64,000 bases of DNA from Brevundimonas sp. UBA7534 (GTDB lineage: Bacteria > Pseudomonadota > Alphaproteobacteria > Caulobacterales > Caulobacteraceae), in contig NZ_DLMO01000101.1 in NCBI RefSeq assembly GCF_002479325.1, forward strand, positions 2,414 through 66,413, given 5' to 3'. Shown piece by piece: positions 10,714-21,229 of the stretch (positions within the stretch are counted from its first letter, which is position 1; every line of letters starts with the position of its first letter). A program made the translations under genes and the position numbers. The notes beneath the pieces are model-generated. The model did no database searches, had not been told where the DNA came from, and saw only the letters and a program-made list of their open reading frames with translations.

Positions 10714-10799
10714 CGGGGCCTCCCCTGCCCTGCTCAAGTCCACAAGAACGAGCGGACGCGGGCGCCGTCAAGACGCCCGCGTCTTCGGCCGCGCCGTGG

Positions 10800-13700
10800 T
10801 CAGGCCGTCGCGATGGCGGCGCCGGCCAGGTCCCGGATGGTGGCGTTGGCGATGGTCAGCTTGGCGAAGGTCCAGCCCGAGCCGGACTGTTCGATTTCGT
10901 CCACCGAGGCGCGCACGCCCTCAACCACCGAAAGCCGCGGTCCGATCCAGGCGTCGACCGCGGTCTCGGCCGTCTCCTCGCTGGCGCCGATCGTGTGGTC
11001 CGAGACCTTGGCCACCGCGCGGGTCAGGACGGCCTGTTCGTTCATCAGATCCTCGATCAGGCGGCGCACCGCCAGGCGATCGAAATGATCGGCCGACGGG
11101 ATGGAGCCCGCCGCCGCGCGCAGCCGGTCGAAGTCGAAGGCGGCGCCGACCTGGTGATACAGGCGCGCCATCGCCGCCACGGGCCAGTTCGTCTCGGCCG
11201 CCAGGTCGCCGATGTCGGCGGCGGCCACCAGCGGGCGCATGATGGAGATGGAGCGGGTCAGATCGGCCGGGGCGCCGTGGTCCGCGAAGCGACGCACCCG
11301 ATCCTCCAGCCGGCCCTGCTCGAAGCGCGACAGCACCCCCGAACCCTCGGTCTGGAGGGCGTCGGCCACGGGCCGATAGCGGTCGATCAGGGCCTGGACC
11401 GACTGACCCGCCTTGGCCCGGCGCGCCAGCCAGAAGGTCTGACGGCGAAGGACGACGGCGATCTCCTGGTAGAGGGCGGTCTGGGCCTCGGCGGAGATCT
11501 TCAGGTCGAGAGCAGAGACGGCGTCCCACGCCTCGTCCAGGCGGAACACGCGCCGCGCCGCCTCGAACGCGATGATCAGGGCGGTGGTGTCGCATTCCGC
11601 CGAACCGCGCAGCCGATCCGGGAAGGTCGGGCCGCACATGTTGACCACCTCGTTGGCCATGACGGTGGCGATGATCTCGCGCCGCAGCCGGTGGCTCTTC
11701 ATTTCCGGCTCGAACCGGGCCAGCGGTTCGGGGAAGTAGCGGACCAGGATCTGTTCGAAGAAGGGATCCTCGGGCGCCGCGGAGGCGACGATGTCGTCCG
11801 ACAGCTCCAGCTTGGCGTAGGCGGTCAGCACCGCCAGTTCGGGCCGCGCCAGGGGAACGCCGGCCGTCATCATCTCCTTGACGCGGGCGTCGTTGGGAAG
11901 GCCCTCGACCTTGCGGTCCAGCTTTCCCTTGGCCGACAGGGCCTGCATGAAGCGCTGCTGGGAATCCAGCGCGTTGACCCCTTCGGCCTGCTGCAGCGTC
12001 AGGGCCAGCGTCTGATCGTAGTTGTGGGCCAGCACCTTGCGCCCGACCTCGTCGGTCATGGAGGCCAGCAGCGGCGCGCGGTCGTCGGCGGCCAGGACGC
12101 CGTTGGTCACGGCCGAGCCGACCAGGATCTTGATGTTGACCTCGTGGTCGGAGGTGTCGACGCCGGCGGAGTTGTCGATGGCGTCGGTGTTGATGCGCCC
12201 GCCGTTCTGGCCGAACAGGATGCGGCCTGCCTGGGTGAAGCCCAGGTTGGCCCCCTCGCCCACGACCTGAACCCGCAATTCGTCGGCGTTGATGCGGACG
12301 GCGTCGTTGGCCTTGTCGCCGACCTGGACGTCGGTTTCGGCGGGCGCCTTCACATAGGTGCCGATGCCGCCGAGGTAGAGCAGCTCCGCCGGCGCCTTGA
12401 GGATGGCGCGGATCAGGCTGATCGGATCCAGCACGTCGTCCTGGATGTCCAGCGCCGCCTTGATCTGGGGCGTCAGCTGGATGGACTTCGTCGCGCGCGA
12501 GAAGACGCCGCCGCCCTCGGAGATCAGGCTCTTGTCGTAGTCCTGCCAGGACGAGCGCGGCAGGTCGAACAGCCGCTTGCGCTCGGCCCAGCTGCTCGCC
12601 GGATCCGGGTTGGGGTCGATGAAGATGTCGCGGTGGTCGAAGGCGGCGACCAGCTGGGTGGCCTGTGACAGCAGGGCCCCGTTGCCGAAGACGTCGCCGG
12701 ACATGTCGCCCACGCCGACCATGGTGAAAGGCTGGGTCTGGATGTCCTTGCCCATCTCGCGGAAGTGGCGCTTGACCGCCTCCCAGGCGCCGCGGGCGGT
12801 GATGCCCATCGCCTTGTGGTCGTAGCCGACCGAGCCGCCGGACGCGAAGGCGTCGCCCAGCCAGAAGCCGTAAGAGGCCGAGACGCCGTTGGCGATGTCC
12901 GAGAAGGTGGCCGTGCCCTTGTCGGCGGCGACGACCAGATAGGGATCGTCGTCCTCCCAGGCGATCACGTGCGGCGGGCGGACCACCGAACCGTCGGCGA
13001 CGATGTTGTCGGTGAGGTCCAGCAGGCCGGACAGGAAGGTCTTGTAGGCGCGGATGGCCTCGGCCTGGATCGCCTCGCGGTCGCCGGTGCGCGGCAAGCA
13101 TTTCGGATAGAAGCCGCCCTTGGAGCCGACCGGCACGATGACGGCGTTCTTGACCTGCTGGGCCTTGACCAGGCCCAGGACCTCGGTGCGGAAGTCGTCG
13201 CGGCGGTCGGACCAGCGCAGGCCCCCGCGCGCGACGGGGCCGAAGCGCAGGTGGACGCCCTCCACATGCGGCGCCCAGACGAAGATCTCGCGATAGGGCT
13301 TGGGCAAGGGCAGATCCTCAAGCTCGCGCGAGGCGATCTTGATGGAGATGTAGCTCTTGGGCTCGCCCTCGGCGTCGGTCTGGAAATAGTTGGTGCGCTT
13401 GATCGCCCCGATCAGGGCGGCCAGGCGGCGCAGCGCCCGGTCGTGGTCCAGGCTCTTGACGTCCTGCAGCAGGGCGTTGATCCGGTCGTTCAGTTCGGCC
13501 ACCGGGGCCTCACGCGGTTCGGCGGGCGCGTCGCCCTCGAACTTGGCGCGGAACAGGGCGACCAGGGCGCGCGAGATGTCGGGATATTCCCGCAGCGCCT
13601 CTTCCTGCACCGCCTGGGACGGGTCCAGCCCCGTCTGCTGACGATAGCGGGCCAGGGTGCGGACCAGGGCGGCCTCACGCCAGGTCACGCCCAGTTCGAC

Positions 13701-15659
13701 CACCAGGCGGTTGAAGCCGTCGCTTTCGGTGCGGCCGGTCCAGACGGCGGCGAAGGCGGCCTCGAACGGCGCCTTGACGTCGGCGAAATCCAGGGCCTCG
13801 CCGCGCGGGTCCTCCAGCAGGAATTCGTGGACGTGGATTTCCTCCTCGCCCAGCGGGCGGATCGGATAGCCGTATTCCTCCAGCGTCTTCAGCCCCATGT
13901 CGGCCAGGATCGGCAGGACGTCGGACAGGGGCACGGTCGGGCCGCGGCGATAAAGCTTGAACCGGAACTGCAGCGGGCTGTCGTTCGGGTCGCGGAAGGC
14001 GCGCACCGCCACCGCCTCGCCGGCGCCAGGCCGACCGTCGGCGTTCAGGCGGTCGATCTCGTGCAGATCGCGCACCGCCTCGTCGGCGTCGTAGCGGTCG
14101 CGGTAGGCGGCGCCGAAGGCGCGGGCCCAGCGGGCGCTGAGCGGGCCCACGGCGACATCGTCCACGTCGGCGCGGCGCAGCGCGCTCTCGAACCGCTCCA
14201 TCCAGCCGCGGCCCGCCTCGGCCACGTCGGCCTCCAGCTGGGCCAGATCGGGCGTCGGATGGTCGCCCGGGGCCACGCCGATGATGAAGTGGACCCGCGT
14301 CAGCGGCGCGTCTGACAGCTGCGGATACCAGGCGGAGATGCGACCGCCCCAGGCGCGGGCCAGGATCTGGCCGATCCGCTCGCGCACCGAGACGTCGTAG
14401 CGTTCGCGCGGCACGAACAGCAGCACCGACACGAAGCGGTCGAACGGGTCCTGGCGCGTGAAGATGCGGATGCGCGGCCGGTCGTAGAGGTGCAGGATTC
14501 CCAGGGCGATCGAAAGCAGTTCGTCCTCGGAGATCTGGAAGAGCTCGTCGCGTGGATAGTTCTCCAGGATGTTCTTGAGCCGCTTTTCGTTGTGGCTGCC
14601 GGGGGCCTTGTCGGCGCGGGCCAGGGCGTTGGCGACCTTGCGCCGGACCAGGGGCACGTCGGAGGCGACGCGGTCGTAGGCCTCGGCCGTGAACAGGCCG
14701 ACGAAGCGGGTTTCGCCCGCCGCCTTGCCGTCCGGGCCGTACCGCTTGACCCCGATGTAGTCCATGTAGGCCCGGCGGTGGACGCGCGAGCGCAGGTTGG
14801 CCTTGGCCACGGTGACCGGTTCGGACAGGTCCAGCTGGCGGCGCATCTGCTTGGTCAGGACCGCCGGCTCCGACGCGCGGCGCAGCACCCGCTGCTCGGG
14901 ATCGCGCAGCACGCCCAGGCCTTCGCCCGCCTGGCTCAGCGGGGCCTCGGCCTCGTAGTCGCCGTCGGCCGAGCGCGGATAATCGTAGTCGCGCGCGCCC
15001 AGGAAGACGAAGTGGTCGCTCTTGAGCCAGCGCAGGAATTCCAGGGTCTCGGCCTGGACCTGCGGGTCCACGCCGGCGGGGGGCGTGGCCTCCAGCTGCT
15101 GCACCGAACGGCGCATCAGCGCCAGCATCTCGGCGTGATCGGCCACGGCGGCGTGAACGTCGGCCAGGGTGGCCGCCAGATTCTCGCCCAGGGCGTCGCG
15201 CCGCTCCTGTGGCACGCCGTCGATGACCAGGATGATGACCGACAGCCGTCGCGCGTCGCAGTCGACGACGGGGTGATAGAGGGCGCGCACCGACACCCCG
15301 GCCTCCGCCAGGGCGCCCATGACGCTGTCGACCAGGAAGGGGGCGTCGGGCTGGACGATCCGCACCAGGTCGTAGCCCAGCGGCTGGCCGTCGGCGCCGT
15401 TCAGCGGGCCGACCGTGATGACAGGGGCGGCGCCGGACGCATGATCCTGGGCCGCTTTCCACGAGGCGGCCAGCAGGGCGGCCAGGTCGTCTCCGCCCAG
15501 TTCCGGCGTCTCGTCGGCGGCGTAGTCCTCATGCGCCTGGGCGATGAAGGACCGCTCTGCGGCGCCGGGGCCGGTTCCTGAAATCCGCGCGAAGGCCGCC
15601 TCCAGCGCGGCCGGGGTGATCGGCTGAACCGGAACGGGGCGCGGATCGGGGGCGGTCAT
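10800..15659 (-). CDS. gdhZ: Large NAD-specific glutamate dehydrogenase (GdhZ-type)
   Basis: About 1620 aa. GVHLRFGPVARGGLRWSDR, VAADKGTATFSD, GDMSGDVFGNG, DNSAGVDTSDHEVNIKI. Confidence 0.95.
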   Translation of the reverse strand: MTAPDPRPVPVQPITPAALEAAFARISGTGPGAAERSFIAQAHEDYAADETPELGGDDLAALLAASWKAAQDHASGAAPVITVGPLNGADGQPLGYDLVRIVQPDAPFLVDSVMGALAEAGVSVRALYHPVVDCDARRLSVIILVIDGVPQERRDALGENLAATLADVHAAVADHAEMLALMRRSVQQLEATPPAGVDPQVQAETLEFLRWLKSDHFVFLGARDYDYPRSADGDYEAEAPLSQAGEGLGVLRDPEQRVLRRASEPAVLTKQMRRQLDLSEPVTVAKANLRSRVHRRAYMDYIGVKRYGPDGKAAGETRFVGLFTAEAYDRVASDVPLVRRKVANALARADKAPGSHNEKRLKNILENYPRDELFQISEDELLSIALGILHLYDRPRIRIFTRQDPFDRFVSVLLFVPRERYDVSVRERIGQILARAWGGRISAWYPQLSDAPLTRVHFIIGVAPGDHPTPDLAQLEADVAEAGRGWMERFESALRRADVDDVAVGPLSARWARAFGAAYRDRYDADEAVRDLHEIDRLNADGRPGAGEAVAVRAFRDPNDSPLQFRFKLYRRGPTVPLSDVLPILADMGLKTLEEYGYPIRPLGEEEIHVHEFLLEDPRGEALDFADVKAPFEAAFAAVWTGRTESDGFNRLVVELGVTWREAALVRTLARYRQQTGLDPSQAVQEEALREYPDISRALVALFRAKFEGDAPAEPREAPVAELNDRINALLQDVKSLDHDRALRRLAALIGAIKRTNYFQTDAEGEPKSYISIKIASRELEDLPLPKPYREIFVWAPHVEGVHLRFGPVARGGLRWSDRRDDFRTEVLGLVKAQQVKNAVIVPVGSKGGFYPKCLPRTGDREAIQAEAIRAYKTFLSGLLDLTDNIVADGSVVRPPHVIAWEDDDPYLVVAADKGTATFSDIANGVSASYGFWLGDAFASGGSVGYDHKAMGITARGAWEAVKRHFREMGKDIQTQPFTMVGVGDMSGDVFGNGALLSQATQLVAAFDHRDIFIDPNPDPASSWAERKRLFDLPRSSWQDYDKSLISEGGGVFSRATKSIQLTPQIKAALDIQDDVLDPISLIRAILKAPAELLYLGGIGTYVKAPAETDVQVGDKANDAVRINADELRVQVVGEGANLGFTQAGRILFGQNGGRINTDAIDNSAGVDTSDHEVNIKILVGSAVTNGVLAADDRAPLLASMTDEVGRKVLAHNYDQTLALTLQQAEGVNALDSQQRFMQALSAKGKLDRKVEGLPNDARVKEMMTAGVPLARPELAVLTAYAKLELSDDIVASAAPEDPFFEQILVRYFPEPLARFEPEMKSHRLRREIIATVMANEVVNMCGPTFPDRLRGSAECDTTALIIAFEAARRVFRLDEAWDAVSALDLKISAEAQTALYQEIAVVLRRQTFWLARRAKAGQSVQALIDRYRPVADALQTEGSGVLSRFEQGRLEDRVRRFADHGAPADLTRSISIMRPLVAAADIGDLAAETNWPVAAMARLYHQVGAAFDFDRLRAAAGSIPSADHFDRLAVRRLIEDLMNEQAVLTRAVAKVSDHTIGASEETAETAVDAWIGPRLSVVEGVRASVDEIEQSGSGWTFAKLTIANATIRDLAGAAIATA

Positions 15660-15996
15660 GGAGATTCGGTCTCTGACGACGCGGCGCGGAGGGGGCCGCA
15701 CCCGATTGACTAGGCCAGGACCGGTCGCGCGGGAAGCCCCAGAAGGTCGATCATTGTCATGATCGCTGTTCAGCTTGGAAAGATTGTGCGGCGCCGCATA
15801 CGAGAAGGCCGCCGGGTGGGGGAACCCGGCGGCCTGCGCGGGCCGACGCTCGGGGAGGGGAGGGCGCGCCGGTCTCGCTTGCGCCGCGGTTCGGAGGGGG
15901 GAGTGTCCCGCGGCGTTGATGCGGAAATGGGGAGCCGGCGACGGGGTTCAAGGCCCCGCGTCGCGCGGAATCGCGACAAGGCGCCGCAGCGCCCGA

Positions 15997-17124
15997 TCAG
16001 CCGTCTTCGCCGGCGTCGCGGCCCTTGCGCGGGCGGGCCTGACCCTCCTGGGCGTTCGGCTCCGAGGCGTAGGGCTCGCCGTCGCCCGACAGCAGCACCG
16101 CCATCCAGCGCGAACCCCTGAACTCGGCCAGGATCGCCATGGCCATGACGGCCAGCGGGGTCGACAGGAACATGCCGACCACGCCCCACAGCTTGCCCCA
16201 GAAGGCCAGGGCCAGCAGCACCACCACCGGGTCGATGTTCTGATTGTCGCCCTGCATCCGCGGCTGGACCATGTTGCCGACCACGAAGAGGATGGCCTGC
16301 AGCCCGCCCAGCAGGATCAGGGCCGGCCAGTAGCTGTCGAACTGGACCAGGGCGAACAGCGGCGGCGCCAGGCCAGCGATCGCCCCGCCCAGGACGGGGA
16401 TGAAGCCGACGATGAAGATGACGAAGGTCCAGAACTCGGCGTTCTGCAGGCCCACGGCCCGCATCAGGATCCACGCCGCCACGCAGATCATGGCCCCGGT
16501 CACCGCCTGAACCCACAGATAGCCCTCGACCCCGCCGCGCACGCGCTGGAACACGGCCACGGCCTCGGTGCGCTGGTGACGGTCGGGGAACATGTGCACG
16601 ATCTTGCGCTGGAAGCCGGCGCGCGAGGCCAGCAGGAAGCCCAGGTAGACCAGAACGAAGAAGGCGCCGGACGCCACGCCCTGGGCCTGGAAGGCCAGAC
16701 TGGTCAGATAGCCCCGCAGATCGACGCCGCGCAGCAGGTCCTGCGCCGTCGGCGGATTCTGCTGGTTGAACAGGCTCCAGACGTCGCGGATGATCTGGTC
16801 GATGCGCGGACCCAGGTTCTGGGACACCCCCGACGCCTCGCCGAAGAAGCCCGCCGCGCCGTTCACGATGATGCCGATGGAGGCGAAGAAGCCCAGCACC
16901 ACCAGGGCCAGGGCGGCCACGCCGGCCCAGCGCGCGGTCAGCGGCGTGCGCGTCTCCACCCAGCGCTTCAGCCCGTCGATCATGATCAGCAGGAAGATGG
17001 CCATGGCCAGAGGCGTCAGGATGTCCCGCAGCCAATAGACGGCCGCGCCCGCCGCCACCGTGGCGATCAGGGCCAGTGCGTTTCTGGCCACGACGGAGCT
17101 GGGCACGGCGACGGGAGATTTCAT
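15997..17124 (-). CDS. AI-2E family (PerM-like) transporter
   Basis: Multi-TM protein with GFIPVLG, N..QPR, FWGKLWGVVGMFLSTPL. Confidence 0.88.
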   Translation of the reverse strand: MKSPVAVPSSVVARNALALIATVAAGAAVYWLRDILTPLAMAIFLLIMIDGLKRWVETRTPLTARWAGVAALALVVLGFFASIGIIVNGAAGFFGEASGVSQNLGPRIDQIIRDVWSLFNQQNPPTAQDLLRGVDLRGYLTSLAFQAQGVASGAFFVLVYLGFLLASRAGFQRKIVHMFPDRHQRTEAVAVFQRVRGGVEGYLWVQAVTGAMICVAAWILMRAVGLQNAEFWTFVIFIVGFIPVLGGAIAGLAPPLFALVQFDSYWPALILLGGLQAILFVVGNMVQPRMQGDNQNIDPVVVLLALAFWGKLWGVVGMFLSTPLAVMAMAILAEFRGSRWMAVLLSGDGEPYASEPNAQEGQARPRKGRDAGEDG

Positions 17125-17232
17125 GCGTCCGTTGTCGGCGGCGCCAGGGGCGGCGTCAACTCGGGCACGGGGACGGTTCCGGCCGGCGGGCGACTGCGCT
17201 AGAGCTTGGAGACGATTGATCGGAGACCCCTC

Positions 17233-18771
17233 ATGACCGACGCCGTTCCCGGCCTTTTCCTGGGCCAGTCCGATCAGGGCGAGGCCGAGCGCCTGCTGTT
17301 CCATCGCGCCAACCGCCACGGCGTCGTCGCCGGCGCGACGGGCACCGGCAAGACGGTGACGTTGCAGATCATGGCCCAGGGATTTTCGGACGCGGGCGTG
17401 CCGGTCTTCTGCGCCGACGTGAAGGGCGATCTGTCCGGCGTGTCCCAGGTCGGCGCGCCCAACGACAAGCTGACCGCGCGGGCGACGGACATGGGCCTGA
17501 CCCTGACGCCGCGCGCCGCGCCGACGGTGTTCTGGGACCTGTACGGCGAAAAGGGCCATCCGATCCGCACCACCATCAGCGAGATCGGCCCGGTGCTGAT
17601 GGCGCGGATGCTGAACCTGAACGACGTCCAGGAGGGCGTGCTGACGGTGGCCTTCCATGTCGCCGACAAGGAAGGCCTGCTTCTGCTCGACCTTGAGGAC
17701 CTGCGCAGCCTGCTGGCCTATGTCGGGGAGAACGCCGACCGCATCGGGCGCGAGGTCGGCAACGTCGCCTCGGCCTCCGTCGCCGCCATCCAGCGCGCGT
17801 TGCTGCAGCTGGAACAGCAGGGCGGGGCCGCCTTCTTCGGGGAACCGGCGTTGCGGCTTGAGGACATGATGCGGACCGGCCTGGACGGGCGCGGCCAGGT
17901 CAATGTGCTGGATTCCACGCGACTGATGAACAGTCCGCGCCTGTATGCGGCCTTCCTGCTTTGGCTGCTGTCCGAACTGTTCGAGCAACTGCCCGAGGTG
18001 GGCGACCCCGACAAGCCGCGCCTGGTCTTCTTCTTCGACGAGGCGCACCTGCTGTTCAACGACGCGCCCAAGGCGCTGCTGGAAAAGGTCGAGCAGGTCG
18101 TGCGTCTGATCCGCTCCAAGGGCGTCGGCGTCTATTTCGTCACCCAGAACCCGGCCGACATTCCCGACAGCGTCCTGGCCCAGCTGGGCAACCGCATCCA
18201 GCACGCGCTCAGGGCCTACACCCCGTCCGAGCAGAAGGGACTGAAGGCGGCCTCGCAGAGCTTCCGCGTCAATCCGGCCTTCGATACGGCCGAGGCGATC
18301 CAGGGGCTGGGCGTGGGCGAGGCCCTGGTGTCGGTGCTGGACGACAAGGGCGCCCCCACGGTGGTCGCGCGCACCAAGATCCGGCCGCCGGATTCCCGCC
18401 TGGGCCCCGCCACCGACGCCGAGCGCGCCGCCGTCATGGCCGCCAGCCCCGTGCGCGGCCTCTACGACCAGGTGGTCAACCGCGAATCCGCCGAGGAGAT
18501 CCTGGCCGCGCGGCACGCCGCCGCCGACCAGGCCGAGGCCCAGGCCAAGATTCAGGCCAGGGCCCAGGCCGAACAGGCCAAGGCGGACGAGAAGGCGGCC
18601 AGGGAGGCGGCGCGAGACCAGGCCCGCGCGGCGCCCCGGGCCCCCGCCCGCCGCCCCTCGAATCGCCAGACGCCGATGGAGGCCCTGACCAAGTCGGTGC
18701 TGCGCACGGCCGGATCGACCCTGACGCGCGAACTGCTGCGCGGCGTGCTGGGCGGGCTGAAGCGGCGCTGA
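17233..18771 (+). CDS. DUF853 / HerA-like P-loop ATPase (YjgR family)
   Basis: [42 protein letters not shown]. Confidence 0.9.
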   Translation: MTDAVPGLFLGQSDQGEAERLLFHRANRHGVVAGATGTGKTVTLQIMAQGFSDAGVPVFCADVKGDLSGVSQVGAPNDKLTARATDMGLTLTPRAAPTVFWDLYGEKGHPIRTTISEIGPVLMARMLNLNDVQEGVLTVAFHVADKEGLLLLDLEDLRSLLAYVGENADRIGREVGNVASASVAAIQRALLQLEQQGGAAFFGEPALRLEDMMRTGLDGRGQVNVLDSTRLMNSPRLYAAFLLWLLSELFEQLPEVGDPDKPRLVFFFDEAHLLFNDAPKALLEKVEQVVRLIRSKGVGVYFVTQNPADIPDSVLAQLGNRIQHALRAYTPSEQKGLKAASQSFRVNPAFDTAEAIQGLGVGEALVSVLDDKGAPTVVARTKIRPPDSRLGPATDAERAAVMAASPVRGLYDQVVNRESAEEILAARHAAADQAEAQAKIQARAQAEQAKADEKAAREAARDQARAAPRAPARRPSNRQTPMEALTKSVLRTAGSTLTRELLRGVLGGLKRR

Positions 18772-18814
18772 ACACCCTCTTGAATCCGGGGCGGGCGGGG
18801 CGCATCTGCGGTCC

Positions 18815-19372
18815 ATGTTCATCCAGACCGAACCCACGCCCAATCCGAACGTGTTGAAATTCCTGCCCGGCCGCGACGTCTCGCCGGCCGCGGCGCTGGA
18901 GTATCGCACCATCGACGCGGCGACCGCTTCGCCGCTGGCCGAGGCGCTGTTCGAGCTGGAAGGCGTCGACGGCGTCTTCTTCGGCGCGGATTATGTGTCG
19001 GTCACCCGCCAGGCGCAGGGGCCGGACTGGACCGAGATGAAACCGGCCGTGCTGGCGGCGATCATGGACCATTTCGTCTCGGGCCAGCCGCTGACCCGCG
19101 ACGGGGCGGGGGCCGAGACCCACGCCGAGGACGACAGCGAGATCGTCGCCGAGATCAAGGCCCTTCTGGACAGCCGCATCCGGCCGGCCGTGGCCCAGGA
19201 CGGCGGCGACATCCTGTTCGACGCCTTCGACGAGGAGACCGGCGTCCTGTCCCTGAGAATGCGCGGCGCCTGTTCGGGGTGCCCCTCGTCCTCGGCCACG
19301 CTGAAGGCGGGGGTGGAGCAGATGATGCGCCACTATGTTCCTGAAGTGACGCGGGTGGAACAGACCCTCTGA
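18815..19372 (+). CDS. NifU/Nfu family Fe-S carrier protein
   Basis: MFIQTEPTPNPNVLKFLPG, RPAVAQDGGDI, GACSGCPSS. Confidence 0.93.
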   Translation: MFIQTEPTPNPNVLKFLPGRDVSPAAALEYRTIDAATASPLAEALFELEGVDGVFFGADYVSVTRQAQGPDWTEMKPAVLAAIMDHFVSGQPLTRDGAGAETHAEDDSEIVAEIKALLDSRIRPAVAQDGGDILFDAFDEETGVLSLRMRGACSGCPSSSATLKAGVEQMMRHYVPEVTRVEQTL

Positions 19373-19442
19373 CCAACCTTTGCGGGTGGGGTGAAACGAT
19401 TTCGTCTCGCCTTGGCGATCGGGCTGCGTCATTCTGGCGGCC

Positions 19443-20039
19443 ATGTCGCGCTTCCAGCCCGATCCCGACGCGCTTCGCCTGGGCGAAGCTCTGGCCGCGC
19501 TCCGCCGTGACCGAGGCCTGTCGCAGGCCGAGGCCGGCGCGCGCCTGGGCATGACCAGCCAGGGGTGGGGTCTGTATGAGGCCGGCCGGCGTCCCGGCCT
19601 GTTCCGACCCGACGTGCAGCGTCGCCTGACCGCCGCGCTGGACGCCTCGCCCGAGGACCTGGCCTTCGCGCGCGACGGTCTGAGCGGCCCGTCCGACAAC
19701 GCTTCCGACGATACGCCGGCCGCGGAGGGCCTGGAGGCGCGAGGACGAAGCTTCGAGGCGGCTTCGCCCCGTGTCCGGCGGTTGCAGATTTCCGACGACA
19801 GCCTGGCCCCCTGGGCCGCGTCCGGCGTCGTGGTGGAATATCGACCCGGTCAATGGCCACGCCAGGGCCAGGGCTGCGTGTTGGAGATGGTCGACGGCTC
19901 GGTGCGGGTGCGGCTGTATCGCGGCGCGGACGCCGAGGCGCTGCATCTGGCCGGCGCGGGCGCTCTGGATGTGATGGAGACCATCCCGCGCCGACAGGCC
20001 GCACTGGTGTCTGCGGTGATCGCCCGCCTGGACGGGTGA
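19443..20039 (+). CDS. XRE-family HTH regulator with a degenerate S24-like C-terminal domain
   Basis: LRRDRGLSQAEAGARLGMTSQGWGLYEAG; C-terminal ISDDSLAPW..GVVV. Confidence 0.7.
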   Translation: MSRFQPDPDALRLGEALAALRRDRGLSQAEAGARLGMTSQGWGLYEAGRRPGLFRPDVQRRLTAALDASPEDLAFARDGLSGPSDNASDDTPAAEGLEARGRSFEAASPRVRRLQISDDSLAPWAASGVVVEYRPGQWPRQGQGCVLEMVDGSVRVRLYRGADAEALHLAGAGALDVMETIPRRQAALVSAVIARLDG

Positions 20040-20111
20040 AACCTTATGGTTGCAAATCATTTCGTTTCATGAAACGGTCTGGTTGTCCTGAACCGGAGAC
20101 CGCCGCAGCGC

Positions 20112-20489
20112 ATGACCGCCCGATCCGCCAAGGCCGTGGACGCCGTCGTCGGCGCCCGGATCGCCGTTCGGCGGCGCGCCCTGGGCCTGTCGCAGACGGC
20201 GCTGGCGGGTTTGGTCGGCGTCAGCTGCCAGCAGATCCAGAAGTACGAGAACGGGCAGAACCGCATCTCGGTGTCGCGCCTGCACGCCCTGTCGCTGGCG
20301 CTGGGCCTGCCGGTCGAGGCCTTCTTCCCCGACCGGCCTGACGGCGCGGACGCCGCCGAGCTGACCACCCTGCGCGCCCTTACCACCACGCCTGAGGGCC
20401 AGGCCCTGGCCGACGGCTTCGCCCGCATCCACGACCCGGCCGTACGCCGCGCCCTGACGCGGCTGGTCGAGGTTCTCGCGGCGGTCTAG
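20112..20489 (+). CDS. XRE-family HTH transcriptional regulator
   Basis: GLSQTALAGLVGVSCQQIQKYENGQNRIS. Confidence 0.88.
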   Translation: MTARSAKAVDAVVGARIAVRRRALGLSQTALAGLVGVSCQQIQKYENGQNRISVSRLHALSLALGLPVEAFFPDRPDGADAAELTTLRALTTTPEGQALADGFARIHDPAVRRALTRLVEVLAAV

Positions 20490-20521
20490 GCTCGCGCCCG
20501 ATCCGGTCCTAGAAGACCGGC

Positions 20522-21229
20522 ATGACGGTTTTGGTGATCGATACGGCGCTGGGCGCCTGCACGGCGGCGATGTTCGACGGCGACCGGCCGCTGGCCGTGC
20601 GGTTCGAGCCGATGGCCAAGGGCCACCAGGAACGGCTGGGGGGCCTGGTGCGCGACGTCGTGGCCGAGGCGGCGGCAAAAGGGGGCGCCGGCTTCGACGC
20701 TGTCGAGCGGATCGGCGTCACGGTCGGGCCGGGCTCGTTCACGGGGCTGCGCGTCGGCCTGGCCTTCGCCCTGGGGCTGGGGGCGGCGCTGGACCGTCCG
20801 GTCCTGGGCCTGTCGACGCTGGAGGCCCTGGCCGCCTCGGTCGCCGATGCGGCGGGGCCGGTCGCGGCCCTGATCGACGCGCGGCGCGGGCAGGTCTATG
20901 CGCGGCTGTTCGACGACGGCGTTCCGCTGGGGCCGGATGCGGCCCTGACGCTGGAAGACGCGACGCGCGCCCTTCGGGCCCTTGGCCGGCCGGCGCGGTG
21001 GGTCGGAAACGGCGCGTCCGTCCTGGCCGAGGCCTTTCCCGATCTGGCCCGGCTCGACCTTGACCCGCGCCTCGCCCCGTCGCCGGAGGCCCTGGCGCGC
21101 CTCACCGCGGCGGGCGATCCGGCGACACGCCCGCCAAGACCGACCTATCTGCGCGCGCCCGACGCCACGCCGCCCAGCCGCCTGCCGGGCCAGCCGCGCC
21201 AAGGCTCCGCGCAGCAGGGGCCGCGATGA
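20522..21229 (+). CDS. tsaB: tRNA t6A biosynthesis protein TsaB
   Basis: VIDTA, GPGSFTGLRVG, DARRGQVY, PTYLR. Confidence 0.93.
   Translation: MTVLVIDTALGACTAAMFDGDRPLAVRFEPMAKGHQERLGGLVRDVVAEAAAKGGAGFDAVERIGVTVGPGSFTGLRVGLAFALGLGAALDRPVLGLSTLEALAASVADAAGPVAALIDARRGQVYARLFDDGVPLGPDAALTLEDATRALRALGRPARWVGNGASVLAEAFPDLARLDLDPRLAPSPEALARLTAAGDPATRPPRPTYLRAPDATPPSRLPGQPRQGSAQQGPR

Noticed and set aside
10755..10783. GACGCGGGCG/CGCCCGCGTC hairpin between gdhZ and usp
   Set aside because: Probably an ordinary terminator or stabiliser with a weak U-tract; nothing further supports a distinct RNA element.
17233..18771. HerA-like ATPase as a possible anti-phage defence component
   Set aside because: It is a DUF853/YjgR type in a housekeeping context with no adjacent nuclease, Sir2 or other effector.
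15997..18912. 971-aa minus-strand ORF, and similar long ORFs (73-1032, 8786-10771, 33490-35604, 51467-53512)
   Set aside because: Antisense or out-of-frame shadows of real genes in high-GC DNA. Only the 15997-17124 part of the 971-aa ORF is a real CDS.
19443..20489. Tandem XRE genes as a prophage remnant
   Set aside because: No integrase, structural genes or att sites; they are embedded between core nfu and tsaB.
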